The position numbers and the translations under genes were made by a program. From an uncultured Leifsonia sp. (GTDB lineage: Bacteria > Actinomycetota > Actinomycetes > Actinomycetales > Microbacteriaceae): a stretch of 64,000 nt of DNA. The notes under the pieces are model-generated. The model was given only the letters and a program-made list of their open reading frames with translations, did not search any database and was not told where the DNA came from. This document shows positions 1 through 11,951 of the stretch, piece after piece. The DNA lies in the NCBI GenBank assembly GCA_964655795.1, contig CAZZNX010000001.1:2400-66399 (forward strand), written 5' to 3'. The stretch's first letter is position 1. Every line of letters begins with the position of its first letter.

Positions 1-57
1 CACCCGTGGAGGTTCGCCACACGCGAAACCGGGCATCCGTGCGGAGGCGGAAACGAC

Positions 58-94
58 GAAGGGAGGCCAGATTCGACGAATCTGGCCTCCCTTC
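58..94 (-). terminator. Hairpin downstream of argG, probable intrinsic terminator
   Basis: GAAGGGAGGCCAGATTCG-a-CGAATCTGGCCTCCCTTC has perfect 18-nt arms about 30 nt past the argG stop. On the minus strand it is followed by CGTCGTTTCC. Confidence 0.55.
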
Positions 95-126
95 GCGGGA
101 ATCGCCTCCCGTTACCGCTGAGGTGC

Positions 127-2144
<2,018 letters not shown>

Positions 2145-2153
2145 CCCGCCATG

Positions 2154-2194
2154 TTATCTTCCGTGGCAACTATAATAGTTTCCATGGAAGATAA
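2154..2194. promoter_or_regulatory. Inverted repeat in the marR/eamA divergent intergenic region, probable MarR operator
   Basis: TTATCTTCCgTGG (2154-2166) and CCATGGAAGATAA (2182-2194) form 13-nt arms with one mismatch around an AT-rich spacer. The right arm covers the eamA ATG at 2184. Confidence 0.55.
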
Positions 2195-3101
2195 ATGGCG
2201 ATATGTGCTCATCACGACGATCGCGCCGATCAGCTGGGGCACGACGTACTTCGTGACCCAGCAATTCCTCCCGGCCGACACCCCGCTCTGGGGCGCCGCG
2301 ATCCGGGCGCTGCCGGCCGGACTGCTCCTGTTCGCGCTCCGCCGCCGGCTCCCACAGGGATCGTGGTGGCTCAAGTCCCTCGTTCTCGGCACACTCAACA
2401 TGGGTGCATTCCTCGCGCTGGTCTACGTTGCCGCCCAGCTGCTGCCCACGAGTGTCGCCGCAACGATCATGGCCACCGGCCCGCTCGTGATGATGCTGTT
2501 GGCGTGGCCGCTCATCGGCGAGCGCCCGCGGTGGCTGTCGCTACTGGGCGCCGCACTCGGCATCGTCGGCGTCGCAGCGATGCTGTTCTCTGGCGCCGCC
2601 GCGATCAACCCCGGCGGCGTCCTCGCATCACTCGCCGCGATGGTGCTGTCATCGATCGGCTTCGTGCTCACCAAACGCTGGGGAAGCGGCGTCGATGTGC
2701 TGTCGATGACCTCGTGGCAGCTGATCGCCGGCGGTCTCAGCCTCATCCCACTCGCGGCGCTCGTCGAGGGCGCCCCGCCGGCGCTCGACACCACAGAGCT
2801 GCTCGCATTCGCTTATGTGTCGATCATCGCCACGGCGCTCGCCTACGTCGCCTGGTTCACCGGGCTCAAGCATCTAGACGCCGGCACGGTGGGCCTGATC
2901 GGGCTGCTCAACCCGATCACCGGTGTGCTCCTCGGCCTCGCCATCGCCGGCGAGAGCTTCACTCCACAACAGCTCGTCGGAGTCCTGCTCACCCTCGCCG
3001 GCATTCTGCTCGGCCAGCGCGCCGGTCGGACGGCCTCGCTGAGACGCGTGGTGAAACCGAGCCTGTCGCTGCCACGGACCGCCCCCATAGACTGCGAATG
3101 A
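2184..3101 (+). CDS. EamA/DMT-family transporter
   Basis: MEDKWRYVLITTIAPISWGTTYFVTQQFLP... is a polytopic roughly 10-TM protein with two EamA-like halves. The track ORF start at 1620 is an antisense shadow of marR. Confidence 0.85.
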   Translation: MEDKWRYVLITTIAPISWGTTYFVTQQFLPADTPLWGAAIRALPAGLLLFALRRRLPQGSWWLKSLVLGTLNMGAFLALVYVAAQLLPTSVAATIMATGPLVMMLLAWPLIGERPRWLSLLGAALGIVGVAAMLFSGAAAINPGGVLASLAAMVLSSIGFVLTKRWGSGVDVLSMTSWQLIAGGLSLIPLAALVEGAPPALDTTELLAFAYVSIIATALAYVAWFTGLKHLDAGTVGLIGLLNPITGVLLGLAIAGESFTPQQLVGVLLTLAGILLGQRAGRTASLRRVVKPSLSLPRTAPIDCE

Positions 3102-3296
3102 AGTGACAGTGGTTGAGGTGCTCGTCCGCTCGAACACCGGCGTCTCCACCCGGAGGGGCCGCGATGTGAACAACGGTCGAGCGAAGCGGGGAATTGAGGG
3201 TCGACGGCCAGCGTCGCGATGCTCAAGCAGTAACTCCACCGGCTGCTGCCCACTCCGGGCGGCGGCCGCTTTTCGCGCTCTGAAAGGGGACAGAAC

Positions 3297-5168
3297 ATGC
3301 TAGAAAAGAACGTCATTCCTACCGTGGAGGCGGCGAACCGCTCCGTGCTCGACTCGATGCCGTTCGAGGACACGGCCGACTTCGACGACGCCGATCGTGG
3401 CTTCATCGCCAAGCTCGACCCCGGCATCGTGCGCGCGGCCGACGGCCGCACGGTGTGGGACAACGACAGTTACGACTTCCTCGCCGGCGAGGCACCGACG
3501 ACCGTCAACCCCAGCCTGTGGCGGCAATCCCAGCTCGTCGCCAAACAGGGACTGTTCGAGGTCGTCGAAGGCATCTACCAGGTGCGCGGGCTCGACCTCT
3601 CCAACGTCACCTTCGTCGAGGGTGAGACCGGTGTGATCGTGATCGACCCGTTGATCTCGAGCGAGACCGCAGCAGCTGCCCTCGGCCTCTACCGCGCCCA
3701 CCGCGGCGAGCGCCCCGTCGTCGCGGTGATCTTCTCGCACAGCCACGTCGACCACTTCGGTGGTGTCTTCGGCGTCACGTCCCAGGCGGATGTCGACGCC
3801 GGGCGCGTGCAGGTCATCGCCCCGGTCGGCTTCGTCCACCACGCCGTCGAAGAGAACGTCTACGCGGGAACCGCCATGGCGCGCCGCGCCGGCTACATGT
3901 ACGGCGCCGTCCTCGACCGGGGCCCGGAAGGCGCCGTCGGTGCCGGGCTCGGCCAGACGACGTCCTCCGGTGAGGTCGGACTCATCGTCCCGACGCTGGA
4001 CATCAGCACCACGGGAGAGACCCACACCATCGACGGCGTGGAGATCGAGTTCCAGATGGCGCCGGGCACCGAGGCTCCGTCCGAGATGCACTTCTACTTC
4101 CCGCAGCACCGCGCCCTCTGCATGGCGGAGAACGCCACCCACACCCTGCACAATCTGCTCACCCTGCGCGGAGCCCTCGTGCGCGACCCGCACATCTGGT
4201 CGACGTACCTGACCGAGGCGATCGACAGCTTCGGTGACCGCAGCGACGTCGTGTTCGCCTCGCACCACTGGCCGACCTGGGGTAAGGAGAGGATCGTCGG
4301 ATTCCTCGGGGCCCAGCGCGATCTCTACGCCTACCTGCACGATCAGACCCTGCGACTGCTGAACCAGGGCTACAACGGGGCAGAGATCGCCGAGATGATC
4401 GAGTTGCCGCCGGCCCTCGCCTCTTCGTGGAACACGCACGGCTACTACGGATCGATCAGCCACAACGTCAAGGCGATCTACCAGCGCTACATGGGCTGGT
4501 TCGACGGCAACCCGGCCCGGCTCTGGCCGCACCCGCCGGCCGCACAGGCCGAGCGTTATGTGAAGGCCCTCGGAGGGATCGACCGCGTGGTCGAGCTCGC
4601 CCAGACGGCGTACGACGAGGGTGACCTGCGTTGGGCAGCGACCCTGCTCGACCACGCGGTGTTCGCCGAGACCGAGCACACCGGCGCCCGCACGCTCTAC
4701 GCCGCCACCCTCGAGCAGCTCGGCTTCGGCTCGGAGAACGGCACGTGGCGCAACTTCTTCCTCTCGGGAGCCACCGAGTTGCGTGACGGCAACTTCGGCA
4801 CCCCGACCGTGACCAGCGCACCGGCGATCCTCGACCAGCTCACGCCGGAGCAGCTCTTCGCTTCGCTGGCCATCTCGGTCGACGGCCCGAAGGCGTGGGA
4901 TCTGGATCTGAGCATCAACGTCACCTTCACCGACCTCGATGCCAACTACCGCGTCGCGCTGCGCAACGGTGTGCTCATCAGCAGGAAGAAGTCGCTCGAC
5001 CCGGATGCCACGGCAACCGTGTCACTCAGCAAGGCGCGCATGCTGGCGCTGCTCGCGGGCGACGTTGAGTCCCCCGGGATCGAGACGAGCGGCGACACCG
5101 CCGTGCTGCCTCAGCTGCTCGGCGTGTTGCAGAGCGGCGACCGGGGGTTCAACATCGTCACTCCGTAG
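3297..5168 (+). CDS. Alkyl/aryl-sulfatase, metallo-beta-lactamase fold (SdsA1/Bds1-like)
   Basis: 623 aa with the MBL motif HSHVDHFGG, followed by an alkyl-sulfatase dimerisation-like region and an SCP2-like C-terminal region. Confidence 0.8.
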   Translation: MLEKNVIPTVEAANRSVLDSMPFEDTADFDDADRGFIAKLDPGIVRAADGRTVWDNDSYDFLAGEAPTTVNPSLWRQSQLVAKQGLFEVVEGIYQVRGLDLSNVTFVEGETGVIVIDPLISSETAAAALGLYRAHRGERPVVAVIFSHSHVDHFGGVFGVTSQADVDAGRVQVIAPVGFVHHAVEENVYAGTAMARRAGYMYGAVLDRGPEGAVGAGLGQTTSSGEVGLIVPTLDISTTGETHTIDGVEIEFQMAPGTEAPSEMHFYFPQHRALCMAENATHTLHNLLTLRGALVRDPHIWSTYLTEAIDSFGDRSDVVFASHHWPTWGKERIVGFLGAQRDLYAYLHDQTLRLLNQGYNGAEIAEMIELPPALASSWNTHGYYGSISHNVKAIYQRYMGWFDGNPARLWPHPPAAQAERYVKALGGIDRVVELAQTAYDEGDLRWAATLLDHAVFAETEHTGARTLYAATLEQLGFGSENGTWRNFFLSGATELRDGNFGTPTVTSAPAILDQLTPEQLFASLAISVDGPKAWDLDLSINVTFTDLDANYRVALRNGVLISRKKSLDPDATATVSLSKARMLALLAGDVESPGIETSGDTAVLPQLLGVLQSGDRGFNIVTP

Positions 5169-6216
5169 GCTGGCTGGCCGTGCTCGCTCCCTGGTTGCGC
5201 ATGAACACGATGAGCCAACTGAACACGAGCACGGCCAGAATCAGCTCGACCGCGGTGAGGTTGTAGTACCCGGTCATGAAGAACACGACGAGCACCGCGA
5301 TCACGGCGACGAAGACGTATCCCAGCCAGAGGAACACCGTCGGCGTGGTCGGGATCAGTGTGCGCAGGCGCACCACCAGGACCGTGTAGACGATGGCCAT
5401 GCCCGTCGCCGAGAGGTTGTGCAGCGCCAGCGACACGTCGAGGGAGAACAGCCCGACACAGCCGAGCAGGATCCCGATGAGGATCAGTGAGACGCGCACG
5501 AAACGGCGGTGGCGCCGCTCCAGTTCCGTGGCGGCAGGCAGCCCGGCCGTCGCGTAGTTCGCGATCGTCGTCACGAGCACGCCGGCGATGATCAGGGTGA
5601 GGTTGAATGCGTTCCCGGAGAGATCATCCGTCATGCCGAGGGTGCTGAGGTTCTTCTGCCACCAGTGCGGGTCGGATGCGCTGAGCATGCTCGTCACGGC
5701 GCCGACCAACAGGAACACCGCGAGCACCAGCGAGAGCAGGATGGGCGTGAGGTGCACCGCCGAGAGGAACACGACGTAGGCGGTGACCGCCGTTGCCACA
5801 CCGGCCAGCACTGCGGCCGAGAGCGGGAACACGAGCGCGTCGACGAAGCTCCGCGCCATGACGTCGGCGATCGCGATCCAGCTGAGCATGGCGATGACGG
5901 CGTGTGCGAGGGCGATCGCCGCGATGTCGAACCAGTGCAGCCGCGGCCCGTCGCCCTCCCACAGGCTGCGCGAGCGCCGGAGGCTTCTGGCCCAGACCAC
6001 CACGATCGCCGCGGCAATGGCGGAGCTGATCGCCACGTACTGGCCGAGTGAGTTCGGGCCGGAGATCGGGGCGGAGCTGCCCCAGAAGACGAAGAGGCCG
6101 ATGGTGCTGCTCACCACGAAGACGGCGGCACCGAGGATCAGCGCAACCGACTCCAGCGACTGCCTGCTGTCTGCTGGATGCCGGAGCACACTCACGATCG
6201 AACTGGACTGACTCAT
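5158..6216 (-). CDS. Polytopic integral membrane protein, function unknown
   Basis: 352 aa from ATG 6216, with GAGAGGTGA upstream as the SD. It has about 10 hydrophobic segments and no family I recognise. Confidence 0.6.
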   Translation of the reverse strand: MSQSSSIVSVLRHPADSRQSLESVALILGAAVFVVSSTIGLFVFWGSSAPISGPNSLGQYVAISSAIAAAIVVVWARSLRRSRSLWEGDGPRLHWFDIAAIALAHAVIAMLSWIAIADVMARSFVDALVFPLSAAVLAGVATAVTAYVVFLSAVHLTPILLSLVLAVFLLVGAVTSMLSASDPHWWQKNLSTLGMTDDLSGNAFNLTLIIAGVLVTTIANYATAGLPAATELERRHRRFVRVSLILIGILLGCVGLFSLDVSLALHNLSATGMAIVYTVLVVRLRTLIPTTPTVFLWLGYVFVAVIAVLVVFFMTGYYNLTAVELILAVLVFSWLIVFMRNQGASTASQPTE

Positions 6217-6257
6217 TATGCGGTCACCTCTCTGCTCCAATGGATGTGTGTGTTCTG

Positions 6258-6788
6258 CTAGTGGATGATCGCCTTCATCACGATCATGGCGAGCCCGAAG
6301 GCCGCAGTGCCCAGTGCCCCGGCGATGCGAATGGGCCACGAGCTGCCCCGCACCGCGAATGCGCTGTAGCCGAGCACGGCGAGGATCACGACGCCGAGCC
6401 AGAGCGCCGTCCACATCGCCACGTAATCCGGGATCGCCTCCAGTGCGCCGAGCAGCAGGACGAACGAGGGCAGCAGCGCGGAGAGCAGGAAGCCGATCGA
6501 GCGGCGCACGGAGCGGTGGAATGCGAGCCCCAGGGTCGTGTCATCCCCCTGGACGACGCCGTGGCCCGCGACGGTTCCGGCGTAGACATGGGCGGCCCAG
6601 AACACCACGACGGTGCCGATGACGCTGAGAAAGGTCTGCCAGGAGCTGGCGCCATACGTGCCGGCGACGACGATCATGCCGCTCACAAGCACGATTCCGT
6701 AGACGGACTCCTCGGTGACGAAGCCCGTGCGCACCCGCGTCACGAGGTCGGCGTCGCTCTCCGGCGGTTCCGGAGTGTGGTCGTTCAT
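6258..6788 (-). CDS. Small integral membrane protein, function unknown
   Basis: 176 aa with about 5 TM segments. Its ATG overlaps the stop of the upstream MFS gene (ATGA). Confidence 0.6.
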   Translation of the reverse strand: MNDHTPEPPESDADLVTRVRTGFVTEESVYGIVLVSGMIVVAGTYGASSWQTFLSVIGTVVVFWAAHVYAGTVAGHGVVQGDDTTLGLAFHRSVRRSIGFLLSALLPSFVLLLGALEAIPDYVAMWTALWLGVVILAVLGYSAFAVRGSSWPIRIAGALGTAAFGLAMIVMKAIIH

Positions 6789-8395
6789 GGTGCTTGTTCC
6801 TCCTTGGTGCGCCCGGCGATTTCGGCCGGGATGCCGCGGGAGAACAATAGCGCGAAAGCCGCGATCGCGATGAGCGCGAAGAACGCCGTGCGCAGCGAAC
6901 TGATCTGAGACTCGCTGTACACGGTGGTGAGCGTCTCGGCGTCCTCCGTGCTGAGCCCGGCATCCTCGGCGATCCCCGCGACATCCGCTGCGGGGATGAT
7001 GTTCACCCCGCCCGCGGTGAGCTCGGTCACCGTGGCCTTCGTCGACTCGGGCAGGTCACTGGCTGCGATGCCCGTCGAGAATGACGTCGCCAGCGCCCCG
7101 ATCAGCACAGAGCCGATCAGTGCGGTGCCGAGGGAGGAACCGAGATTCTGGAAGACGCCCTGCAGGCCGCCGACCTCGCTCGATTCCTTGCTGCTGACGG
7201 CCGACATGTTCACATTGCCGAGCTGGGACGCGAGCAGGCCGAGCGCCGCTCCCGCACAGAACATCCCGAGCCCGAAGATCCAACTCTTCAGGTCGATGTC
7301 GACGGATGCCAGCAGCACCAGTGCGCTCAGCACGAGCACGAACTGCCCCCACTGCACGATGCGGCGCGGCGACCAGATGGCCGACAGCCTGGTGCCGATG
7401 ATCGAGAACAGGATGAGCGAGATCGAGAGCGGGAAGATCTTGATGCCCGTCTGGAGCGCATCGAGCCCCAGGGTCATCTGCAGGTAGACGGGAACCATGA
7501 AGAACAGTCCGGCCGTGATCGCGTACTGGGCTCCGAGCACGCTCAGTCCGCTGCGGAGCTGCGTGATGCTGAACATCTCCACGTGCACGAGCGGGGGCCG
7601 CCCTGCAGCAACGAGCGCCTTCTGCCTGCGCACGAAGATGTAGATCAGCACGGCGCCGGCGAGCATCAGCCATGCGGTCAGGGAGATACCGAGCGGCGCG
7701 ATCGGAACGCCGCCGATCTCCGGAGAGTGCAGGGGCGTGACCCATCCCCAGGTCTTGCTCTGCAACATTCCGAACACCACGAAGACGAGACCGACCGCCG
7801 AGAGCACGACGCTCAGCAGGTCGATGCGCGACCGTTGCGGCGGCGTCGAGTCGGTGATCGTCCGTGCGAACAGGAGGACGACGGCCATGATCACGACCTC
7901 CGCAACGAAGACGTAACGCCAGCTGAAGTAGGTGGTGACGAAACCGCCGATGAGCGGTCCTGCCGCCACCGCGGCACCGGTCACCGCGCCGATCGTCGCA
8001 TACGCGGTGATGCGGTCGCGGCCGGTGTAGTTGTCGGCAATGAGTGCGGCGATCGCCGGGATCACGAGAACGGCGCCGAGCCCCTCGATGATCGACCAGC
8101 CGAGGAAGAGGACCAGCACGTTGGGGCTGAACGCCGTGGTGAGCGAACCGATGGCGTACACGATCGATCCGATCACGAACGCTCGACGTCGCCCCCAGAC
8201 GTCACCGAGCTTCGCGCCGAGCAGCATCAGTGAGGCCATGGTCAGCGTGTAGAAGGTGATCGCCGCCTGCATCGCTGCCACGGTGGTGTCGAGGTCGGCG
8301 ACAACCTGCGAGATCGACACATTCATCACGGTGCCGTCGAGCACCATCACGAACTGGGCCGCACCGAGGATGAGAACGACTGACCACTTCTTCAT
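6785..8395 (-). CDS. MFS transporter, DHA2 (EmrB/QacA-like, 14-TMS) family
   Basis: MKKWSVVLILGAAQFVMVLDGTVMNVSISQVVADLDTT... is a typical DHA2 N-terminus, 536 aa. The track ORF extension to 8983 is non-coding-looking. Confidence 0.85.
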   Translation of the reverse strand: MKKWSVVLILGAAQFVMVLDGTVMNVSISQVVADLDTTVAAMQAAITFYTLTMASLMLLGAKLGDVWGRRRAFVIGSIVYAIGSLTTAFSPNVLVLFLGWSIIEGLGAVLVIPAIAALIADNYTGRDRITAYATIGAVTGAAVAAGPLIGGFVTTYFSWRYVFVAEVVIMAVVLLFARTITDSTPPQRSRIDLLSVVLSAVGLVFVVFGMLQSKTWGWVTPLHSPEIGGVPIAPLGISLTAWLMLAGAVLIYIFVRRQKALVAAGRPPLVHVEMFSITQLRSGLSVLGAQYAITAGLFFMVPVYLQMTLGLDALQTGIKIFPLSISLILFSIIGTRLSAIWSPRRIVQWGQFVLVLSALVLLASVDIDLKSWIFGLGMFCAGAALGLLASQLGNVNMSAVSSKESSEVGGLQGVFQNLGSSLGTALIGSVLIGALATSFSTGIAASDLPESTKATVTELTAGGVNIIPAADVAGIAEDAGLSTEDAETLTTVYSESQISSLRTAFFALIAIAAFALLFSRGIPAEIAGRTKEEQAP

Positions 8396-8572
8396 TCCAC
8401 TGCCGACTCTCTCTGACGGCTCGGGCGATTCCGGATGCCTCAGGGTCAGTATTGACCCGAATTCGCGTGAGGCGCAACGGACACGCGGGGTGGTGCTCGG
8501 CAAAAGCGCAGCGGTAGGGTGTGAGCCACTGGCGCAACCGTGGGGGTGTGCCCCGAAAGAATGGTCACAACT

Positions 8573-8944
8573 ATGGATTTCTGGGACGTAGTCGGTTTCT
8601 TCTTCTGGACATGGGTTTTCGTGTCCTACCTGATGATCCTGTTCTGGATCCTCAGCGATCTGTTCCGAGACCACACTCTCAGCGGATGGTTCAAGGCCAT
8701 CTGGATCATCTTCCTGATCTTCGTGCCATTCCTCACCGCGCTCGTCTACCTGATCGCGCGTGGTTCGTCGATGAATGAGCGGGCCGGACGCGGCGCCGGC
8801 GTCGTGCCGGAGGACTACTCCAAGCCGGCGCCGTCGACGACACCGGCAGCGGATATCGCGCAGGCCAAGGCGCTGCTGGATGCCGGCACCATCAACCAAC
8901 GTGAGTACGACGCGCTCAAGGCGAAAGCCATGGGCGAGTTCTAA
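8573..8944 (+). CDS. PLDc_N (PLD-nuclease N-terminal TM) plus SHOCT domain small membrane protein
   Basis: MDFWDVVGFFFWTWVFVSYLMILFWILSDLFRDH..WFKAIWIIFLIFVPFLTALVYLIARG is followed by a C-terminal SHOCT-like AKALLDAGTINQREYDALKAK. The start could instead be 8561 or 8540. Confidence 0.7.
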   Translation: MDFWDVVGFFFWTWVFVSYLMILFWILSDLFRDHTLSGWFKAIWIIFLIFVPFLTALVYLIARGSSMNERAGRGAGVVPEDYSKPAPSTTPAADIAQAKALLDAGTINQREYDALKAKAMGEF

Positions 8945-8961
8945 GAGACAGGACCGAGACG

Positions 8962-10395
8962 ATGGCCGAGTCGGGCGACGCAAAGAGCGGCATCAGCGAA
9001 GCATTTCGGTTGCGGGCGGCCGCCGGGCGTGACGCCCGCCGGCGCTCACCGCGCTCCGGCGCGTCCGAATGGGCTGCGGCATCCGACCGGCCAGACCCCG
9101 TCTCCCTCCTCGAGGAGCAGGCGGTCAGCCGGGCGCCAGAACTCGTGCCCATCCGTTACGGACGCATGCTGGTGTCGCCGTTCACCTTCTACCGTGGCGC
9201 GGCGCTGCTCATGGCATCCGACCTTGCCGGCACCCCGGACTCCGGCATCACCGTGCAACTCTGCGGCGATGCACACCTGTCGAACTTCGGGGTGTTCGGC
9301 ACTCCAGAGCGTTCGCTGCTCTTCGACATCAACGACTTCGACGAGACCCTGCCCGGGCCGTGGGAGTGGGATCTCAAACGCCTGGCCGCGAGCTTCGAGG
9401 TGGCCGGGCAACACCGCGGCTTCACCGAAGCCGAACGGCGCGACAGCGTACTCGCGCTGGCCCGGTCCTATCGCGAGCGGATGCGGCTGGCCGCTGACTC
9501 CCCCGTGCTCCGTTCCTGGTACGACCGTCTGAACGCCGACGACGCCCTCGCCTGGCTGCAGAACGAGCAGGCGGAGGGCCGGGCGGACAAGAGGCAGGTC
9601 AAGCGCACGACGGAGGTCTTCGCGAAGGCGCGCACCCGCGACAGTGCACGCGCCACCAAGAAACTGGTCGGCGTCGTCGACGGCGAGCTGCGGATCCTCT
9701 CTGTTCCCCCGCTCATCGTGCCCGTCGGCGAGCTCGCACCTGAGGGGCGCAGCCGCGAAGACGAGGTGGCGCAGATGCGCGAGGTGATCTCTGCGTACAT
9801 GGAGACGCTGAGCAACCCACACCACCCGGCCCACGAGTACGAGTACGTGCACATGGCGCGCAAGGTCGTGGGCGTCGGCAGTGTCGGAACGCGCGCGTGG
9901 ATCATCCTGTTGCGCGGTCGCGACGATGAGGACCTCCTGCTGCTGCAGGCGAAGGAGGCGCAGCGCTCTGTGCTCGAGCGTTTCCTGCCTGCCAGCGAAT
10001 ACGACCACCAGGGCGAACGCGTCGTACGCGGTCAACGCATGATGCAGGCGGCGAGCGACATCTTCCTCGGCTGGCAACGGACGCAGGGCTGGGATGGGCA
10101 GAACCGCGACTTCTATGTGCGCCAGATGCACGACTGGAAGGGCTCTGCCGACATCGAGCTCATGAACCCGACCGGGCTTCTGCTCTACGCCCACCTCTGC
10201 GGTGAGACGCTGGCCAGGGCGCACACCCGCGCGGGCGACCGCGTCGCGATCGCCGCCTACCTCGGCGGCTCCGATGTGTTCGACCAGGCCATCGCCGACT
10301 TCGCGAGCGCATACGCGGAACAGAACAACCGCGACTACGCGGCGTTCCAGGCAGCCGTCGAGTCCGGTCGCCTGGAGGCGGTCAGCGGGCTCTGA
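8962..10395 (+). CDS. DUF2252-family protein
   Basis: 477 aa with LCGDAHLSNFGVFGTPERSLLFDINDFDETLPGPWEWDLKRLAASF, characteristic of DUF2252. Confidence 0.75.
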   Translation: MAESGDAKSGISEAFRLRAAAGRDARRRSPRSGASEWAAASDRPDPVSLLEEQAVSRAPELVPIRYGRMLVSPFTFYRGAALLMASDLAGTPDSGITVQLCGDAHLSNFGVFGTPERSLLFDINDFDETLPGPWEWDLKRLAASFEVAGQHRGFTEAERRDSVLALARSYRERMRLAADSPVLRSWYDRLNADDALAWLQNEQAEGRADKRQVKRTTEVFAKARTRDSARATKKLVGVVDGELRILSVPPLIVPVGELAPEGRSREDEVAQMREVISAYMETLSNPHHPAHEYEYVHMARKVVGVGSVGTRAWIILLRGRDDEDLLLLQAKEAQRSVLERFLPASEYDHQGERVVRGQRMMQAASDIFLGWQRTQGWDGQNRDFYVRQMHDWKGSADIELMNPTGLLLYAHLCGETLARAHTRAGDRVAIAAYLGGSDVFDQAIADFASAYAEQNNRDYAAFQAAVESGRLEAVSGL

Positions 10396-10411
10396 GGCAG
10401 CCGGCGGCGAA

Positions 10412-10798
10412 TCAGCCGAGCAGCTCGGCGGAGCCCATCAGCTTGTCGATGGTGATCTCGATCACGACACGGCTCGGGTTGACGCGCGGCTGGCGGTAGC
10501 GCGCCGCGTAGAGCGCGACGGCGTGGGCGACGGCATCCGCATCGCGGTTGATGCTCGCCCGGCCCGCGAAGGAGATCCACTGGCCCTCGTGCACCTGGGC
10601 GACGGTCGCCGTTCCGCCGCGTTCGACGTTGCGCACCTTCTGTGTGCCGTCAGAGGTGATGATGCGCACAAGCCCGCCGTCGAGGGTGAAGCCGACGGGA
10701 ACCGCGTGGATGCCGCCCCGGTGGCCGAGTGTCGAGAGGATCGCCAGGTGCCGCTCGGTCACGAAATGCGTCGCGGCGTCGGTGAGATCAGTTGTCAT
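10412..10798 (-). CDS. PPOX-class (pyridoxamine 5'-phosphate oxidase-like, probable F420/FMN-binding) protein
   Basis: MTTDLTDAATHFVTERHLAILSTLGHRGGIHAVPVGFTLDGGLVRIITS... has a split-barrel pattern. It overlaps the histidine kinase stop by 11 nt. Confidence 0.7.
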   Translation of the reverse strand: MTTDLTDAATHFVTERHLAILSTLGHRGGIHAVPVGFTLDGGLVRIITSDGTQKVRNVERGGTATVAQVHEGQWISFAGRASINRDADAVAHAVALYAARYRQPRVNPSRVVIEITIDKLMGSAELLG

Positions 10799-11951
10799 GC
10801 CTCCATTGTTCCGCAGTCGCGGCTCGTGCACGCGCCCCCTGGAACTCCGCGAACGCCACCGTGACGATCAGGCCGCCGCCCGGCCGCGGGGTGACGACGA
10901 GATCGGCCTGATGCACATCGGCGATGCGAGCGACAAGCGCGAGGCCGAGGCCGTATCCCCTCTGCGCACCCCGTGTGCTCACCCGGCCCTCGCCGCGCAG
11001 AAACGGTTCGATGAGTCGCGCCGTGTCGCCAGGGGTGTACTCGGCGCCCGTGTTCTCGACGCGCAGAACCGAGCGGGCGGTCGCCGCATCATGCCGGCTG
11101 GAGATGTCGACGACGCCGCGCACATCGTTGTGGCGCAGGGCATTCTGGAGGAGGTTCCCCACCAGCTGCAGGAGCAGGGCGGCGTCGCCGACGAGGGTGG
11201 CCTCGGCGATGTCGCTGTGGACGGTCACGGCCAGTGCAGCCGCCTCCGCGCGGTTCTCCGCCACGACGGTTTCGACGATCGCGGCCAGGTCAAGTCGCCG
11301 TGAGTTCGCGCTCACGGCGTTGGCGTCGGCAAGGCGCAACAGCGCGTCCGTGAGACCGATCGCGCGCGCGTTCGTGATGGAGAGCCGCTCGACCAGTACC
11401 CCGTGGTCCTGACCGTCGGGGTTGCGCCGTGCGACGTCCAGCAGCGTCTCGGTGACGGCCAGCGGAGTGCGCAGCTCGTGGGAGGCGTTCGCGGCGAAAC
11501 GTTCCTGTGCGGCGAAGGCGTCGGAGAGCTGCTCGAGCATGTGATCGAAGCTGTCGGCGAGCTGGCGAAACTCGTCGTTGCGGCCCTGGAGCCGGATGCG
11601 CCGGTCGAGCCGGCCGGCTGCGGCATCCCGCGCCGCCTGATTGATGCGCTGCAGCGGGCGCAGCACCCACCCTGCCAGTACCCAGCCGCCGATCACACCG
11701 ATGACGGCCAAGGTGACGAGGATGGCGACGGAGACCCCGGTGACGGCGCCGAGTATCTCTTCGCGTGTCGCAATCGGATCGCCGAGGTCGCTGGGATTGG
11801 CCGCGGTGAGCGGGTAGTTGGGCACGTATCGCAGCACGACGTACACCCCGAACAGCGTGATCCCCCCGGCGAGGACAAGAAACGCGGCGTAGCTGAGCGC
11901 CAGGCGCAGCCGCGCGCTGACGCGCGACGTGCCGACTCGGGAGGTGCTCAA
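10788..11951 (-). CDS. Sensor histidine kinase (two TM, HAMP, HisKA, HATPase_c)
   Basis: H-box FAANASHELRTPL, N-box LLQNALRHN and G-box RGYGLGLALV are present. The TTG start at 11951 overlaps the response regulator stop (TTGA). Confidence 0.85.
   Translation of the reverse strand: MSTSRVGTSRVSARLRLALSYAAFLVLAGGITLFGVYVVLRYVPNYPLTAANPSDLGDPIATREEILGAVTGVSVAILVTLAVIGVIGGWVLAGWVLRPLQRINQAARDAAAGRLDRRIRLQGRNDEFRQLADSFDHMLEQLSDAFAAQERFAANASHELRTPLAVTETLLDVARRNPDGQDHGVLVERLSITNARAIGLTDALLRLADANAVSANSRRLDLAAIVETVVAENRAEAAALAVTVHSDIAEATLVGDAALLLQLVGNLLQNALRHNDVRGVVDISSRHDAATARSVLRVENTGAEYTPGDTARLIEPFLRGEGRVSTRGAQRGYGLGLALVARIADVHQADLVVTPRPGGGLIVTVAFAEFQGARARAATAEQWRHDN

Noticed and set aside
9163-9170. 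Another exact copy of CGCATGCT, the motif shared by the ligD, P1 and P2 leaders.
   Set aside because: It lies inside the DUF2252 coding sequence (YGRMLVSP) and is not near a start codon. About 2 chance copies are expected per 128 kb of both strands. My scan by eye was not exhaustive.
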